DNA of 63,756 nt, the filler included, from an uncultured Methanospirillum sp. (GTDB lineage: Archaea > Halobacteriota > Methanomicrobia > Methanomicrobiales > Methanospirillaceae), in assembly GCA_964637135.1 (NCBI GenBank). It is 4 parts of 4 records of this genome, joined end to end, with 100 filler letters (N's around TTAATTAATTAA, not from the genome) between each part and the next. Parts side by side here need not be neighbours in the genome. Positions count along the whole stretch, not along the records: positions 17,286 to 34,029 come from CAZWTX010000041.1; positions 34,130 to 49,912 come from CAZWTX010000042.1; 2 more parts are not named here. One strand, 5' to 3'. Position 1 is the stretch's first letter. Each line of letters opens with the position of its first letter. The translations under genes were made by a program, and so were the position numbers. Shown here in pieces: positions 31,549-42,420 of this stretch. Below the pieces are notes generated by a model. It worked only from the letters and a program-made list of their open reading frames with translations. It did not search any database and had not been told where the DNA came from.

Positions 31549-34029
31549 TCCCCTCCAGGCCGGCCGGAACGGGGATTCACCGGTTCCCGGGTTATCGGAA
31601 GATCGGCCAGGCAGGGGGGGAATGACTCCCGAAGAGGTCAGGGCAGCAATCGAACAGGCCCTCTCCTGCCTGGTCGCCAAAGAATCGGTCTGTGAGATCC
31701 GGATCCTTGCTGAAGAGAGCGTATCCTCTGGGTATTATACCGATCTTCAGAAGGCTGCGGCTGATATCGCTATCCGGGATACCGACCCTGAGGTGCACGG
31801 GATCTATGTCACCCTCAACCCGGTCAATCCGGCTCTCCTTGCGAGGAGAGCGAACCGGTTGAAATTCAGGCTCGGGAAGAAGGATGCGACCACCGCTGAC
31901 GGGGATATTCTCAGGCGGCGGTGGCTCCCGGTAGACATCGACCCGGTCAGGCCGTCGGGAGTCTCATCATCGGAGAACGAGCATGCAGCAGCCTTTGACT
32001 GTGCCCGTTCCGTCCGGAAATTTCTGGAATCGGCCGGATGGCCGACACCCATCCTCGGTGACTCAGGGAACGGGGCTCACCTCCTCTACCCGGTCGATCT
32101 CCTCGAGGGTGAAGCACAGAAAACCCTGATCCGGCAGATCCTCGATCTCCTCCATCGCCGGTTTTCAACCCCGGTCTGCCGGATTGACACGGCGAATTTC
32201 AACGCTGCCAGGATCTGGAAGGTCTACGGGACGATAGCGAGGAAAGGGGATCATCTCCCCGAACGGCCGCACCGGCGATCCCGGCTGCTCGAGTGTCCTG
32301 ACCGGACGGTCTCCCTCACCGAATCTGATCTCACTGCACTCCTGGACCGGGAAGGAACCCGACACCCGCCGCCCGGTCAGGATGACTCCCCGTCCCCGGC
32401 TCCTCCGGCAGTATCAGACGGGATCGTCGAGAACCGGTCGATTCACCTGGGCTCCTGGCTCTCCGGTCACGGGCTTTCGTATACCGAAAAGCCGTACCAG
32501 GGAGGAGTCTTATACGTCCTTGACCGGTGTCCCTTCTCAGACGACCACACCGACGGGGCATTTGCCATCCAGTTCCCGAACGGGGCGATCTTCGCCGGAT
32601 GCCACCACACCTCCTGCGGGGGAGGCCGGCAGCGGTGGCAGGAACTCAAAAGCCGGTATGACCGGCGAAATCCGGGTATCGCCGACCGGATGAAGGCGAT
32701 CAGATCAGACCGGATCCGGTCACGGTTCGCTCATGAGAGCGGAGAATCCGGATTGCTTCTGCCTGACCGATCAGCCGATCCACGACCCCGTCTCCCGGAT
32801 GAGACGATCCCGTTTCAGGCACGGGAGATCCTCGCTTCCGGCGATCCGTTCTCGTTCTTCCTTGAAACCTTCGGAAAGAACCATGAAGGGGATCTCCGGG
32901 TGGCCGAATGCCTGCTCCATTCGCTCATCTCCCGGACGGTCAGAAACAGCAAAGGCCTGCATGTCTCCATCTCCGGGGAGTCAGGGAAGGGAAAATCGCA
33001 TGCCATGGAGACGATGCGGTCCCTGGTTTCGCCGGATCTTCGGATCGAGGGACGGGTAAGCGACAAGGCCCTCTTTTACATGGACGATCTCCGTCCGGGA
33101 ACGGTCATAGCCCTGGATGATGCCGTCCTCTCAGACCAGATGCAGGAGATCCTCAAAGGCGTGACCACCTCGTTTCAGAAGCCCTTTCCGTACCGGACGG
33201 TGAACAAGGAGAGAAAGGCCCTGACCTGCCTGATCCCGGAGCGGTGTGTCTGGTGGATCTCCCGGGTCGAAGGGGCCGGAGACGACCAGGTCTTCAACCG
33301 GATGCTCACCTGCTGGATAGACGATTCCGAGAGCCAGGATCTGAAGGTGCTCTCCCGGTCGCTGGAGAAGGCTACGCAGTTTCCCTCCGAAAGGCTGGAG
33401 GAGAGCGAGGAGATCCTGATCTGCCGGCAGATCTGGGAGGAGATTGATCCGGTCTGGGTGGTGATCCCGTTTGCCGGCCGGATCCGGTTCCAGTCGGCAG
33501 CGAACCGGCGGAACCCGGATATGCTCCTCGATCTCATCCGGACCCATGCAGCCCTGAACCAGTACCAACGGGAGAGCCGGATGGTGGAAGGGGTCCGGTG
33601 CATCATCGCAACCGAAGCGGATTTTGAGAATGCTGCCCGGCTGTATGTCGCACTGAACGGAGAGAGCGGTGCCCAGACCCACAAACTGACGAAACGTGAG
33701 TCTGTTCTGCTCGATGCCCTCTCGTCGGCCGGAATCGGCGAGGTCCCGGTTGCTTCCCTCCAGCGGATGACCGGGTGGTCGAGCAGCTCCATCCACAAGC
33801 TCCTCCACGGGTACCTGAGTTATGGGAAGACCTACTCTGGCTTGCTCGAGAAATGCCCGGCGGTCTCGTTCCTTGACCGGACGGTCTCCCGGGGCGATGA
33901 CGGGTGCACGACGCTCCGGCGGGTGAGGGTCTACTCCTGGGATGCTGCCCTCTACGAGGGATGGATGAAAGGCGGGTCGGTCTGGCTCGAAGATGAACGG
34001 TCCGAGCCCCCGGACGATCCGCCGTCCCC
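31535..34029 (+). CDS. AEP primase / Zn-finger / MCM-like AAA+ helicase fusion (3'-partial; alternative start 31622)
   Basis: VDIDP, DSGNGAH, DTANFNAARIWKVYGT; CPF..H..CHHTSC; Walker A GESGKGKS, Walker B IALDD. Confidence 0.8.
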
Positions 34030-34129
34030 NNNNNNNNNNNNNNNNNNNNNNNNNNNNNNNNNNNNNNNNNNNNTTAATTAATTAANNNNNNNNNNNNNNN
34101 NNNNNNNNNNNNNNNNNNNNNNNNNNNNN
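34030..34129. other. Artificial contig spacer
   Basis: N-TTAATTAATTAA-N. Confidence 0.97.
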
Positions 34130-35473
34130 GTCATTGAACCGGAGGTAAAACTGGATATAATCAAGGGCCAGGGCGATCTTCCGGCAATCCTCCTCACTAT
34201 ACGTGTCAGACACAAGATCAAGGTATGCCTTTCGCTCCGGTGCCTCGCTTCGGTCTGCAACACCGGCAATGGCAGCAATATGACGGATGGCCGGTTCAAC
34301 GCGGGGATTAATCAGCCGGGCGATCTCGGTGCCAAGCATCCCGGCCGTGACCCCGTAATCACCGCCAACATGGTATGGATTTACATGGGCAAGCAGGAAC
34401 TGGTCAACGATCTCATCAGGATGGTGATGGTCGAAGACGATCATCGGCATGGAGTAGACCTGTGCCATCTTCATTGCCGGCAGGTCTTCTTCAGTAGACC
34501 CGTTATCGGTCAGGACGATCAGCGGCATCTTCTGGCCAAACCTGATGTTATCACGGGTCGCATAGTCAAGATCCCTGATAATATCCTCAATCTCATAAAA
34601 CGGAGCCTTTGATGGGGCACGTTTGAAGAGATAGTAATCAGAGTCATAATCTCCGCCAGAATCGTTGATAAGGGAGACGACTGCCTGTTCAATCGCAACC
34701 GCCGAACAGATCCCATCTGCATCGGCATGATGCCTGAGCAGGATCGGCTGGGCGGTGAAAACGGCTTTCCGGATCAGCCGGGCTATCTTTCTCATTTCAG
34801 GACGAAGTTTCTCAAGGACCGGGCTGTCCACAAGGAGCGGGATATCCTCCGGCTCTGCCCGCTCTTCAAGGGCCTGTTCGATCCGTTGCAGGACCGCTTC
34901 TGCTTCAGGCCCGGTCAGGCGGTCAAGCCGATCCAGTTCGATCTGGACCTGGCCACCCCTGAGCATCACCTCGCCGGTTGCCCGGACGACATCTCCCTGG
35001 TCGACATCAGGGTAGGCACGCTTGCCTGCCTCGACGAAACCGGCAGCATTCTCGGTTCCGGTCTCATCAACAAGGGTGAAGATGGTAGGACCGGAGGTCT
35101 GTTTCACCTGGGCGACATGGCACTCAATGGTGACTGTGCGACCGACCTTTCGTGATAATTCGCCAAGCTGGGTGGCCTTGCGTTTACAGACCACCGGCTG
35201 GATCTCGTAGGAACTGATAACAACCTCTTCGAGATCGATGTTGCCATTGTCACGGATATTCGCAACCCTTACCAGGACGACTGCACCTTCCTTGTGGGTC
35301 GTTATCGCGTTGCTTTTGTGGATCAGTCCCTTTGTCGAACTATTGAGATACACAAATGTCCCAAATGTGGCAAACCCCTGGACGGTACCGGAATAGATCT
35401 TTCCAGGTACAATATCCGTAATCGCACAGCCATCTCCCAGGCTGTACACAATCGTATCAGTTCCTTTCGGCAT
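34130..35473 (-). CDS. Archaeal RecJ-like DHH phosphoesterase with S1 and OB folds (3'-partial)
   Basis: S1 (ATFGTFV..GLIH), OB (QTSGPTIF), RHHADADG, DNGS, DHHH. Confidence 0.88.
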
Positions 35474-35682
35474 ATCGTTCACCAAAACAGGTGTAAACAC
35501 CCAAAACCCGGTTCATCACACAGCACCGGAGCACCCCCCGAAGACTTTACAGTCAGTATCACGTCAGAAGAAGTCTGCTCATCAGGCGATGAGTCGCGGG
35601 GGATATCTGGATTAGTATCCACCTTCATGATATATGAGGTATCCTGTGACAACAAAAACGGGAGAAGACACCGGCCAGCTTA

Positions 35683-36648
35683 TCACCGGTCCGATGGACC
35701 AGGTACCGGGTCATCCCTGAACGGAATCTCGATCATGACGAGGTCGTCAGGTGCAGAAATTTCCCCGGAAAAAAACTTCTTCGCATCGGTCAGGTGTTTC
35801 TCATATGAGGTATACCGGCTGCTCAGGTGGAAAAGGGCCAGGTGGCTGACCTGCAGGGATGAGGCAGTCCTGCCTGCCTCGCCGGCGGTCGCATGCATGA
35901 ACTCCTTCGCCCGTTCCAGTTCTCCATCGTCAAACGTGGCATCATGAATGAGAAGATCCGCAAATTCTCCATTCTCTGCAAGTTCTGCAAGGATTGGCCG
36001 GGTATCACCGGTATAGATGATCTTCCGGCCAGACCGGGGAGGACCCATCACCATATCAGGCGTGATAGTCTTTTGTTCCACTCCAGACTCGATTGTTACC
36101 GTTTCTCCACGCTGCAGCCGTCCAAAGAGCGGTCCGGGTCTGACTCCGAGGGCGATGGCCCCTTCCCGGTCAAACCTTCCCGGACGGCGGTTCTCCTCGA
36201 AGATGTACCCCACGCCGGGGATGCCATGATCTGTTCCGAAGACATGAATGACGTATCCGTCAAATCCAAGGAGATCACCGGGCTTTACGCGTCGTGACTC
36301 GACCTGGAACCGGAGTTTTGTCCGGCAGAGCCGGGTCATATCCCCCACGATTTCATGGACACAATCCGGACCATAGATAACGAGCGGATCTTCCCGACCT
36401 GAGAAAGAGAGCGTCTGGAGCAGCCCGATAATACCGAGGTAATGATCCGCATGCCAGTGGGTGATGAAGATCGCCTCGAACGAGAACCCGCATCTCCCTC
36501 TCATGATCTGCCGCTGGGTCCCTTCTCCACAATCAAAAAGAAGATCATGGGCTCCCCACTTGAGAAGAATGCAGGGAAGATTCCGGGATATCGTCGGAAG
36601 GGCTCCCGAAGTCCCGAGGAAAAAGACCTGGAGCGTTTCTCCTGCCAT
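35683..36648 (-). CDS. rnz: Ribonuclease Z
   Basis: FLGTSG, DCGEGTQRQ, THWHADH, GP-rich exosite, GDTRP, HDATF, HLSSRY. Confidence 0.95.
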   Translation of the reverse strand: MAGETLQVFFLGTSGALPTISRNLPCILLKWGAHDLLFDCGEGTQRQIMRGRCGFSFEAIFITHWHADHYLGIIGLLQTLSFSGREDPLVIYGPDCVHEIVGDMTRLCRTKLRFQVESRRVKPGDLLGFDGYVIHVFGTDHGIPGVGYIFEENRRPGRFDREGAIALGVRPGPLFGRLQRGETVTIESGVEQKTITPDMVMGPPRSGRKIIYTGDTRPILAELAENGEFADLLIHDATFDDGELERAKEFMHATAGEAGRTASSLQVSHLALFHLSSRYTSYEKHLTDAKKFFSGEISAPDDLVMIEIPFRDDPVPGPSDR

Positions 36649-37418
36649 CAGGTCCACCTGCTGACGACATCCTGCGACAGTCTGGCCTCGGGAAGCGACC
36701 GTCCTTCAACAACCACGACGCCTGTGTACCGGTTCACGAGATCGGAGCCCAGTGACGACCAGTTCAGGGTGCCGTTCCCGATCGGGAGGTGTTCATCACT
36801 CTTCCCGTGATTATCATGGATATGCACATGGGAAGCCTCCGCAAGCACCTTCCGGAAGGCTTCGACCCGACCGAGGGTGTGGGCATGGCCGAAATCAATC
36901 GTCATCCCGACCCCATCGATCCCCTCGATCAGCCCGAGAATCTCTTCCGGGTACTGGCAGAGGAAATCAGGAATATCGGGCATGTTCTCGATACAGGCGA
37001 TAACCCCGCATTCAACAGCAGTTTTTCCAAATTCACGGACCGCTTCCTTCTGCAATGCCCAGACCTTTTCAGGCACGAGCTTGCCGGTGCAGGACACGTA
37101 CCCCGGATGGATAGTCACCCGATCGGTGATCTCAGAAGCCTTCCTGATACATTCACAGATCTGCCTGACTGTCTCCCGCCAGATCGAGTCGTTAATCGCT
37201 GCAGGGTTCAGATCGCCGTACGGAGCATGAACGGTGGTTTTCAGCCCGGTAGAGGAGAGCGTCTCGATGACCATCTCGTACTGTCCCGGGCGGGAAAAAT
37301 GGTAGTTACCATCGGCACAAATCTCCCAGCCGACAAACCCGGCCTCCTCAATCCCGAAGATCCAGGAGATATCGTCCCAGACCCGTGCAGAAGAACCAAA
37401 AAACGGTTTCAGACTCAT
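36648..37418 (-). CDS. Sugar phosphate isomerase/epimerase (AP endonuclease 2-type TIM barrel)
   Basis: VHAP, IHPG, IENMP, DFGHA, HIHDN..DEH. Confidence 0.88.
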   Translation of the reverse strand: MSLKPFFGSSARVWDDISWIFGIEEAGFVGWEICADGNYHFSRPGQYEMVIETLSSTGLKTTVHAPYGDLNPAAINDSIWRETVRQICECIRKASEITDRVTIHPGYVSCTGKLVPEKVWALQKEAVREFGKTAVECGVIACIENMPDIPDFLCQYPEEILGLIEGIDGVGMTIDFGHAHTLGRVEAFRKVLAEASHVHIHDNHGKSDEHLPIGNGTLNWSSLGSDLVNRYTGVVVVEGRSLPEARLSQDVVSRWT

Positions 37419-37966
37419 CTTTCCTCATCCACCATCTGTCTGATCAACCTGGTTACCGCAGCCCTGAACACTTCAAGTCCTGCATCATTGGGGATATGTA
37501 TGGCTGCCATCTCAATCGCCCGTTTCAGACCGAACGAGGACTCCCGCTCATCACGGGCGGCAAGTGCCTCCATGGTGAGAAGATCATCGGATCGACCCCT
37601 CCCCCGGAGCCGTGAGAGCCTGATCTCAATAGGTGCATCGATCGCGATGAGGGTGAATCCTGGGAAGGTCTCAGTAAAGAGCCCGACCTCTGCATCGCCC
37701 CGGATACCGTCAACGAGGACGACCGGTTCCGTCCTGACACGGATATGGGGGATACAGAATCCGGCGATGGCTGCCATTCCATGTTCTTCACGAAGCCGCC
37801 GTGCGACGATACCCATGTTCTCATCCACCGCAGCAAGCCCTGCCTTCATGACCTGTTCCCGGATCACGTCCCCCATCACCACGACGGGAATACCCAGGCT
37901 GGCGGCTATTGCAGAGAATTCTCCTTTACCCGAGCCGGGCATTCCCACGATTCCCAGTACCTTCAT
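37415..37966 (-). CDS. Dephospho-CoA-kinase-like P-loop kinase (UPF0200)
   Basis: MKVLGIVGMPGSGKG, MGDVIRE, DGIR, RGRSDD. Confidence 0.85.
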   Translation of the reverse strand: MKVLGIVGMPGSGKGEFSAIAASLGIPVVVMGDVIREQVMKAGLAAVDENMGIVARRLREEHGMAAIAGFCIPHIRVRTEPVVLVDGIRGDAEVGLFTETFPGFTLIAIDAPIEIRLSRLRGRGRSDDLLTMEALAARDERESSFGLKRAIEMAAIHIPNDAGLEVFRAAVTRLIRQMVDEER

Positions 37967-38651
37967 AATAGAACTCTCCTTCTTCCTGGGTCCGGATCCA
38001 CACCGGCCTGTCGAGACGGTCTGCAATATTCTGTATTTCATCAGCAGTCTGTTCCCTGATGCCGGTTACCCGTCCCTGCTGGAGGACAAGGGTCACGTCC
38101 ACAGCCACATCCCGGGCGATCGTAACAACCTCTTCCCCGTAAAAGGGAAAGAGGGTGATCACCACAGAAAACGCCCCAAGCTGTCCCCCATGCCAGGCAT
38201 CGGTGCATACCTGCAGGCTCTCCCTGACCCGTTCTGCCACATGCCCCTTGTCACGCCCTTTCAGGGTATAGAGATTTGATTCAGCTTTTATGTCAAGAGC
38301 GATGTAATCGATCAGTCGGTTTCTGACAAGGGAGCGGATGGCGTCCGGGTAGACCCCGTTGGTATGCAGCCCGGTCTTCAGTCCCATACCCCGTGCGCCT
38401 GATGCAAGGCACATAAGGGCATCCAGTTGCATTGTTGCCTCTCCTCCGGAAAAAACCACCCCGCTGATGAGCAGGGATGCTTCACGGATCATCGCTATGA
38501 TATCGTCAACGGATCGCCAGTCATCCCCGGAGAGGAGATGCTGGTTATGGCAGTACCAGCACTTGATCGGGCATCCCCGGAAGAAGACGACCGAGACAGA
38601 ATGCCCCCTCCAGTCGACCGTACTGAGCGGGACGAATCCACCGAAATTCAT
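37926..38651 (-). CDS. Radical SAM anaerobic ribonucleotide reductase activase-like protein
   Basis: STVDW, GCPIKCWYCHN (CxxxCxxC), SGGEAT, TNG. Confidence 0.85.
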   Translation of the reverse strand: MNFGGFVPLSTVDWRGHSVSVVFFRGCPIKCWYCHNQHLLSGDDWRSVDDIIAMIREASLLISGVVFSGGEATMQLDALMCLASGARGMGLKTGLHTNGVYPDAIRSLVRNRLIDYIALDIKAESNLYTLKGRDKGHVAERVRESLQVCTDAWHGGQLGAFSVVITLFPFYGEEVVTIARDVAVDVTLVLQQGRVTGIREQTADEIQNIADRLDRPVWIRTQEEGEFYYEGTGNRGNARLG

Positions 38652-38818
38652 GCGCACCGGTGCTGCCACTGTCTGAACAGATTGAACGGGGCATTTGATG
38701 AAGATGTGGGTTGCCGGCCGCTGACTCTTCTCAGGAAAAGTTGCGTACAAATACACTAATATTTACTCTTCTTTTGAAAAACGAGCCTTTATGTATCCAC
38801 TTATGAAACAGATAAGAC

Positions 38819-40099
38819 ATGTCAATAGTTGAGGATGCCCGAAAAGGCATCGTCACCGAGGAGATGAAAGTCGTCGCTGCTCAGGAAGGCGTCACTGAAG
38901 ATTTTATCAGACGCGGCATTGCAGCAGGCCGGATTGTCATCCCGGTCTCTCCCTATAGGAAAGTAAAGTTTTGTGGAATTGGCGGCGGTCTCCGAACGAA
39001 GGTAAACTGCTCGGTCGGAACCTCTTCTGATATCGTTGATATTGACATGGAGGTCGAGAAGGTAAAGGCAGGCGAGCGTGCCGGTGCAGATACCATCATG
39101 GAACTCTCGACCGGCGGTGATTTCTACGAAGTCAGGAGACGGTGTATCGAGGCAACCTCCCTCTCGGTCGGTAGTGTCCCCCTGTACCAGGCGTTCATCG
39201 AAGCAGCACGCAAGGACGGGGCGGTCATTCACATGCGGGAGGATGACCTCTTCCGTATAACCGCTGAACAGGCCAAACTCGGAACAAACTTCATGGCCAT
39301 CCATACCGGGATCAACCGGGTTACCCTTGAACGACTCCAAAAACAGGGACGCCACGGTGGCCTCTGTTCCCGGGGAGGAGCCCTCCTCACCGCCTGGATG
39401 CTTCACAACGACAAGGAAAACCCCCTTTACGCAGAGTTCGATTACCTCTGCGAGATCCTGAAAGAGCACGAGGTCACCCTCTCAACCGGGAACGGCATGC
39501 GGGCCGGGGCGGTTCATGATGCTACCGACCGGGCACAGATCCAGGAACTGATCATCAATGCAGAACTCGGTGACCGGGCTCACGAGAAGGGGATACAGGT
39601 CATCGTCGAAGGACCCGGTCATGTCCCGATCGACGAGATCGAGACAAACGTCAGACTCATGAAGCGGATGTCAGGCGACAAACCGTTCTACATGCTCGGA
39701 CCGATTGTCACCGATATCGCACCCGGATATGATGACCGGGTAGCTGCTATCGGAGCTGCACTCTCCTCGTCATACGGGGCGGATTTCATCTGCTATGTCA
39801 CCCCCGCCGAGCACCTTGCCCTGCCAAATGTCGAAGAGGTTTACGAAGGAGTATACTCAAGCCGGATCGCCGCCCATATCGGGGACATGATCAAGCTCGG
39901 CAAACGGGATTCTGACAAGGCAATGGGCCATGCAAGACGTGACCTTGACTGGGAAACCCAGTTCAATCTTGCCATCAATCCGGAACGGGCACGCAGGATC
40001 CGGAGTGAACGTTCTCCGGCTGATTCCGATGCCTGTACGATGTGCGGCGATTACTGTGCCCTCAAGATCGTCAATAACATCATCACCAAGCGGGACTGA
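38819..40099 (+). CDS. thiC: Phosphomethylpyrimidine synthase (ThiC family)
   Basis: TKVN.SVGTS, SRGG, EGPGH, YVTPAEHL, CTMCGDYC; a Bza-type paralog cannot be excluded. Confidence 0.88.
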   Translation: MSIVEDARKGIVTEEMKVVAAQEGVTEDFIRRGIAAGRIVIPVSPYRKVKFCGIGGGLRTKVNCSVGTSSDIVDIDMEVEKVKAGERAGADTIMELSTGGDFYEVRRRCIEATSLSVGSVPLYQAFIEAARKDGAVIHMREDDLFRITAEQAKLGTNFMAIHTGINRVTLERLQKQGRHGGLCSRGGALLTAWMLHNDKENPLYAEFDYLCEILKEHEVTLSTGNGMRAGAVHDATDRAQIQELIINAELGDRAHEKGIQVIVEGPGHVPIDEIETNVRLMKRMSGDKPFYMLGPIVTDIAPGYDDRVAAIGAALSSSYGADFICYVTPAEHLALPNVEEVYEGVYSSRIAAHIGDMIKLGKRDSDKAMGHARRDLDWETQFNLAINPERARRIRSERSPADSDACTMCGDYCALKIVNNIITKRD

Positions 40100-40165
40100 T
40101 TTTCAGCCGGCTATCCCTTTTTTCACGACAAAGTCTTTTTCCTTCCAGAGGCCACCCTTTTTTGA

Positions 40166-41071
40166 ATGGTCATCATTGCCGCATCTGATCTCGTCAAGCA
40201 GTACGGGTCCCAGACCGCTGTTGACGGTATCGGGTTCCAGGTCAGGAAAGGTGAACTGTTCGGATTTCTCGGCCCGAACGGGGCCGGAAAAACGACCACC
40301 ATGCGGATGATCCAGTGTATCTCCCCACGGACATCAGGAACCCTCACCGTCCTTGGAATGGATCCCAATACCGCAGGAAAGGCGATACGTGCCAGGATGG
40401 GGGTGGTTCCCCAGGAGACAAACCTCGACACCGAACTGACCGTGTTTGAAAACCTCGTCTCGTATGCATCGTATTTTGATATCAGTAAGAAGCAGGCAGG
40501 GGCGGTGGCAGAACAACTGCTTGAGTCCTTCCAGCTGATTCAGAAACGGGACGTTAACGTAGATCTCCTCTCCGGGGGAATGAAACGCCGTCTCCTCCTT
40601 GCACGGGCAATGATGAGCGGGCCTGAACTGTTCATCCTCGACGAGCCATCGATTGGACTTGATCCCCAGGCAAGGCATGATCTCTGGGACCGGCTCGTCC
40701 AGCTCAAGGCCCAGGGAAAAACCATTGTGCTGACCACCCATTACCTGGACGAGGCGTCACGGCTCTGTGACCGGCTCGTGATCATGGACCAGGGAACGAT
40801 CATCGCAGAAGGCTCGCCGGGTGACCTCGTGGATCGGTACATCGGCATGGATATCGTTGAGACCGAACGCAGCGAGAGTATCGCTACAATTTTGAATCAG
40901 CATGAGGTTCTGTATGAAGAGATCGGTGAACAGATCCAGGTGAAAACAAAGAACCCCCGTGAGATCATGGACCTCCTTATGGAAGGGGAGACGGGTATCC
41001 GGGTCACGACAAGACCGGCATCGCTCGAGGATGTCTTTCTCCTTCTGACCGGGAGGACCCTGCGGGAGTGA
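40166..41071 (+). CDS. ABC-2 exporter ATP-binding subunit (NodI-like)
   Basis: GPNGAGKT, LSGGMKRR, LDEP, TTHY. Confidence 0.92.
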   Translation: MVIIAASDLVKQYGSQTAVDGIGFQVRKGELFGFLGPNGAGKTTTMRMIQCISPRTSGTLTVLGMDPNTAGKAIRARMGVVPQETNLDTELTVFENLVSYASYFDISKKQAGAVAEQLLESFQLIQKRDVNVDLLSGGMKRRLLLARAMMSGPELFILDEPSIGLDPQARHDLWDRLVQLKAQGKTIVLTTHYLDEASRLCDRLVIMDQGTIIAEGSPGDLVDRYIGMDIVETERSESIATILNQHEVLYEEIGEQIQVKTKNPREIMDLLMEGETGIRVTTRPASLEDVFLLLTGRTLRE

Positions 41072-41859
41072 GAGAAATGAACACGGAACTGAATGAAACC
41101 ATCCGGGGAATTTTTGAAGTCTGGTACCGGAACTGGTATGTCTTCAGGAAACAGATCACGGTGAATTTCCTGGCCCCGTTTATTGAACCTATCCTCTATC
41201 TCGCTGCGATCGGGTATGGGATCGGCAGTTACGTCTCCGGCGATGTCGAGGGACTGCCCTATGTCGTATTTATCGCTCCGGCAATCCTTGCCGGCGCCGT
41301 CATGAACGCCTCATTCTTTGAATGTGTCTTCGGTACCTTTGTCAGGACGAACTATCTTAAGACGTACGATGCCGTGCTGGCAACCCCGATTACCGTACGC
41401 GAGATCGTCCTTGGTGAGATCATCTGGGGGGCAACCCGGTCACTCCTGTACGCAGCGGCGATTTACCTCGTTCTCGTCATCATGAACCTGACTACTCCCG
41501 GAATCAGTCTCCTCGTCCTGCCTCTCTCCTTTCTCGCCGGGCTCCTCTTCGGAGCACTCGCCGTGGCAATAGCGGCGATAGCCCCCTCGATTGAGACCCT
41601 GAACTACCCGGCATTTCTGGTGATCATGCCGATGTATCTCCTTTCAGGGACGTTCTTTCCCCTGAGTCTTCTTCCGGCGCCGCTTCAGGGAATAGCCCTC
41701 GTTTTTCTCCCGCTTACCCACCTCGTTGCCCTTACCCGGGAATTCATGACCGGGCTTGCAACCCCCTGGGGAGGGTTCCATCTCCTCTGGCTGGTCGTCG
41801 TTACCGTCCTCTTCTCAGTGCTCGCCGTCAGGCTGTACGAACGCCGGCTGATCGTCTGA
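41068..41859 (+). CDS. ABC-2 permease (NodJ-like)
   Basis: About six TM segments; EPILYL, SGTFFP, PLTH; coupled to the ATPase gene. Confidence 0.9.
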   Translation: MREMNTELNETIRGIFEVWYRNWYVFRKQITVNFLAPFIEPILYLAAIGYGIGSYVSGDVEGLPYVVFIAPAILAGAVMNASFFECVFGTFVRTNYLKTYDAVLATPITVREIVLGEIIWGATRSLLYAAAIYLVLVIMNLTTPGISLLVLPLSFLAGLLFGALAVAIAAIAPSIETLNYPAFLVIMPMYLLSGTFFPLSLLPAPLQGIALVFLPLTHLVALTREFMTGLATPWGGFHLLWLVVVTVLFSVLAVRLYERRLIV

Positions 41860-41899
41860 CAGGGATAACCCTTAAGGGATCTCCTTCCGATTTTCGGGC

Positions 41900-42316
41900 A
41901 TGTTCCAGAAGATCATTCCCTGTAGTTCAAAACGGGAAGGAGAGATCATTGACATTACCGGAGAAGTTTCTGCAGCCGTAGCCGAATCAGGAATCAGGGT
42001 TGGAATGTGCTCTGTTTTTATTACCGGATCCACCGCAGCGGTCACCACCATCGAGTATGAACCCGGGGTTCTTGCCGATCTTGCGGGAGCCCTTGCCCGG
42101 TTTGCCCCGGCTGACATTCCCTATGCACATGATGCACAGTGGGGGGATGGAAACGGGAGATCCCATGTGAAAGCAGCCCTGGTCGGCCCTTCTCTCTCTG
42201 TTCCGATCAGGGACGGAAGCCTGCTCCTTGGAACCTGGCAGCAGATCGTCCTCCTTGAACTTGATACCCGGGCAAGATCAGATCGGCAGGTCATCGTATC
42301 GGTTCTCACCGGGTAA
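41900..42316 (+). CDS. yjbQ: YjbQ/UPF0047 family protein
   Basis: GSTA, NGRSHVKA, LGTWQQI. Confidence 0.9.
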   Translation: MFQKIIPCSSKREGEIIDITGEVSAAVAESGIRVGMCSVFITGSTAAVTTIEYEPGVLADLAGALARFAPADIPYAHDAQWGDGNGRSHVKAALVGPSLSVPIRDGSLLLGTWQQIVLLELDTRARSDRQVIVSVLTG

Positions 42317-42420
42317 GCCGGCCGAAAAAGAGCAGATTTCCTGCCGGATAACTTCAGGATTTCCTGAGGCTTAAGGAAACTCCTTTTCTTCTGTGATACA
42401 ATGACAACGCAGGGATACCC

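Larger units (their letters stand above)
17286..34029. mobile_element. Putative plasmid/virus-like element or island with a decayed tandem sibling; ends not captured
   Basis: Primase-helicase, Hjc-like gene, TA arrays, pseudogene debris, internal duplications, abrupt AT-rich/GC-rich mosaic, no housekeeping genes; no integrase on the contig. Confidence 0.7.

Noticed and set aside
33900..35473. Primase-helicase apparently next to a RecJ-like nuclease (and PKD gene next to the island at 17185)
   Set aside because: Separated by contig spacers, so adjacency is arbitrary
36789..38279. 496-aa plus-strand ORF
   Set aside because: Antisense shadow of three well-supported minus-strand genes; no motifs
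38819..42316. thiC-ABC-yjbQ as a thiamine uptake operon
   Set aside because: The ABC pair is exporter-type with no binding protein, and no TPP riboswitch was recognised
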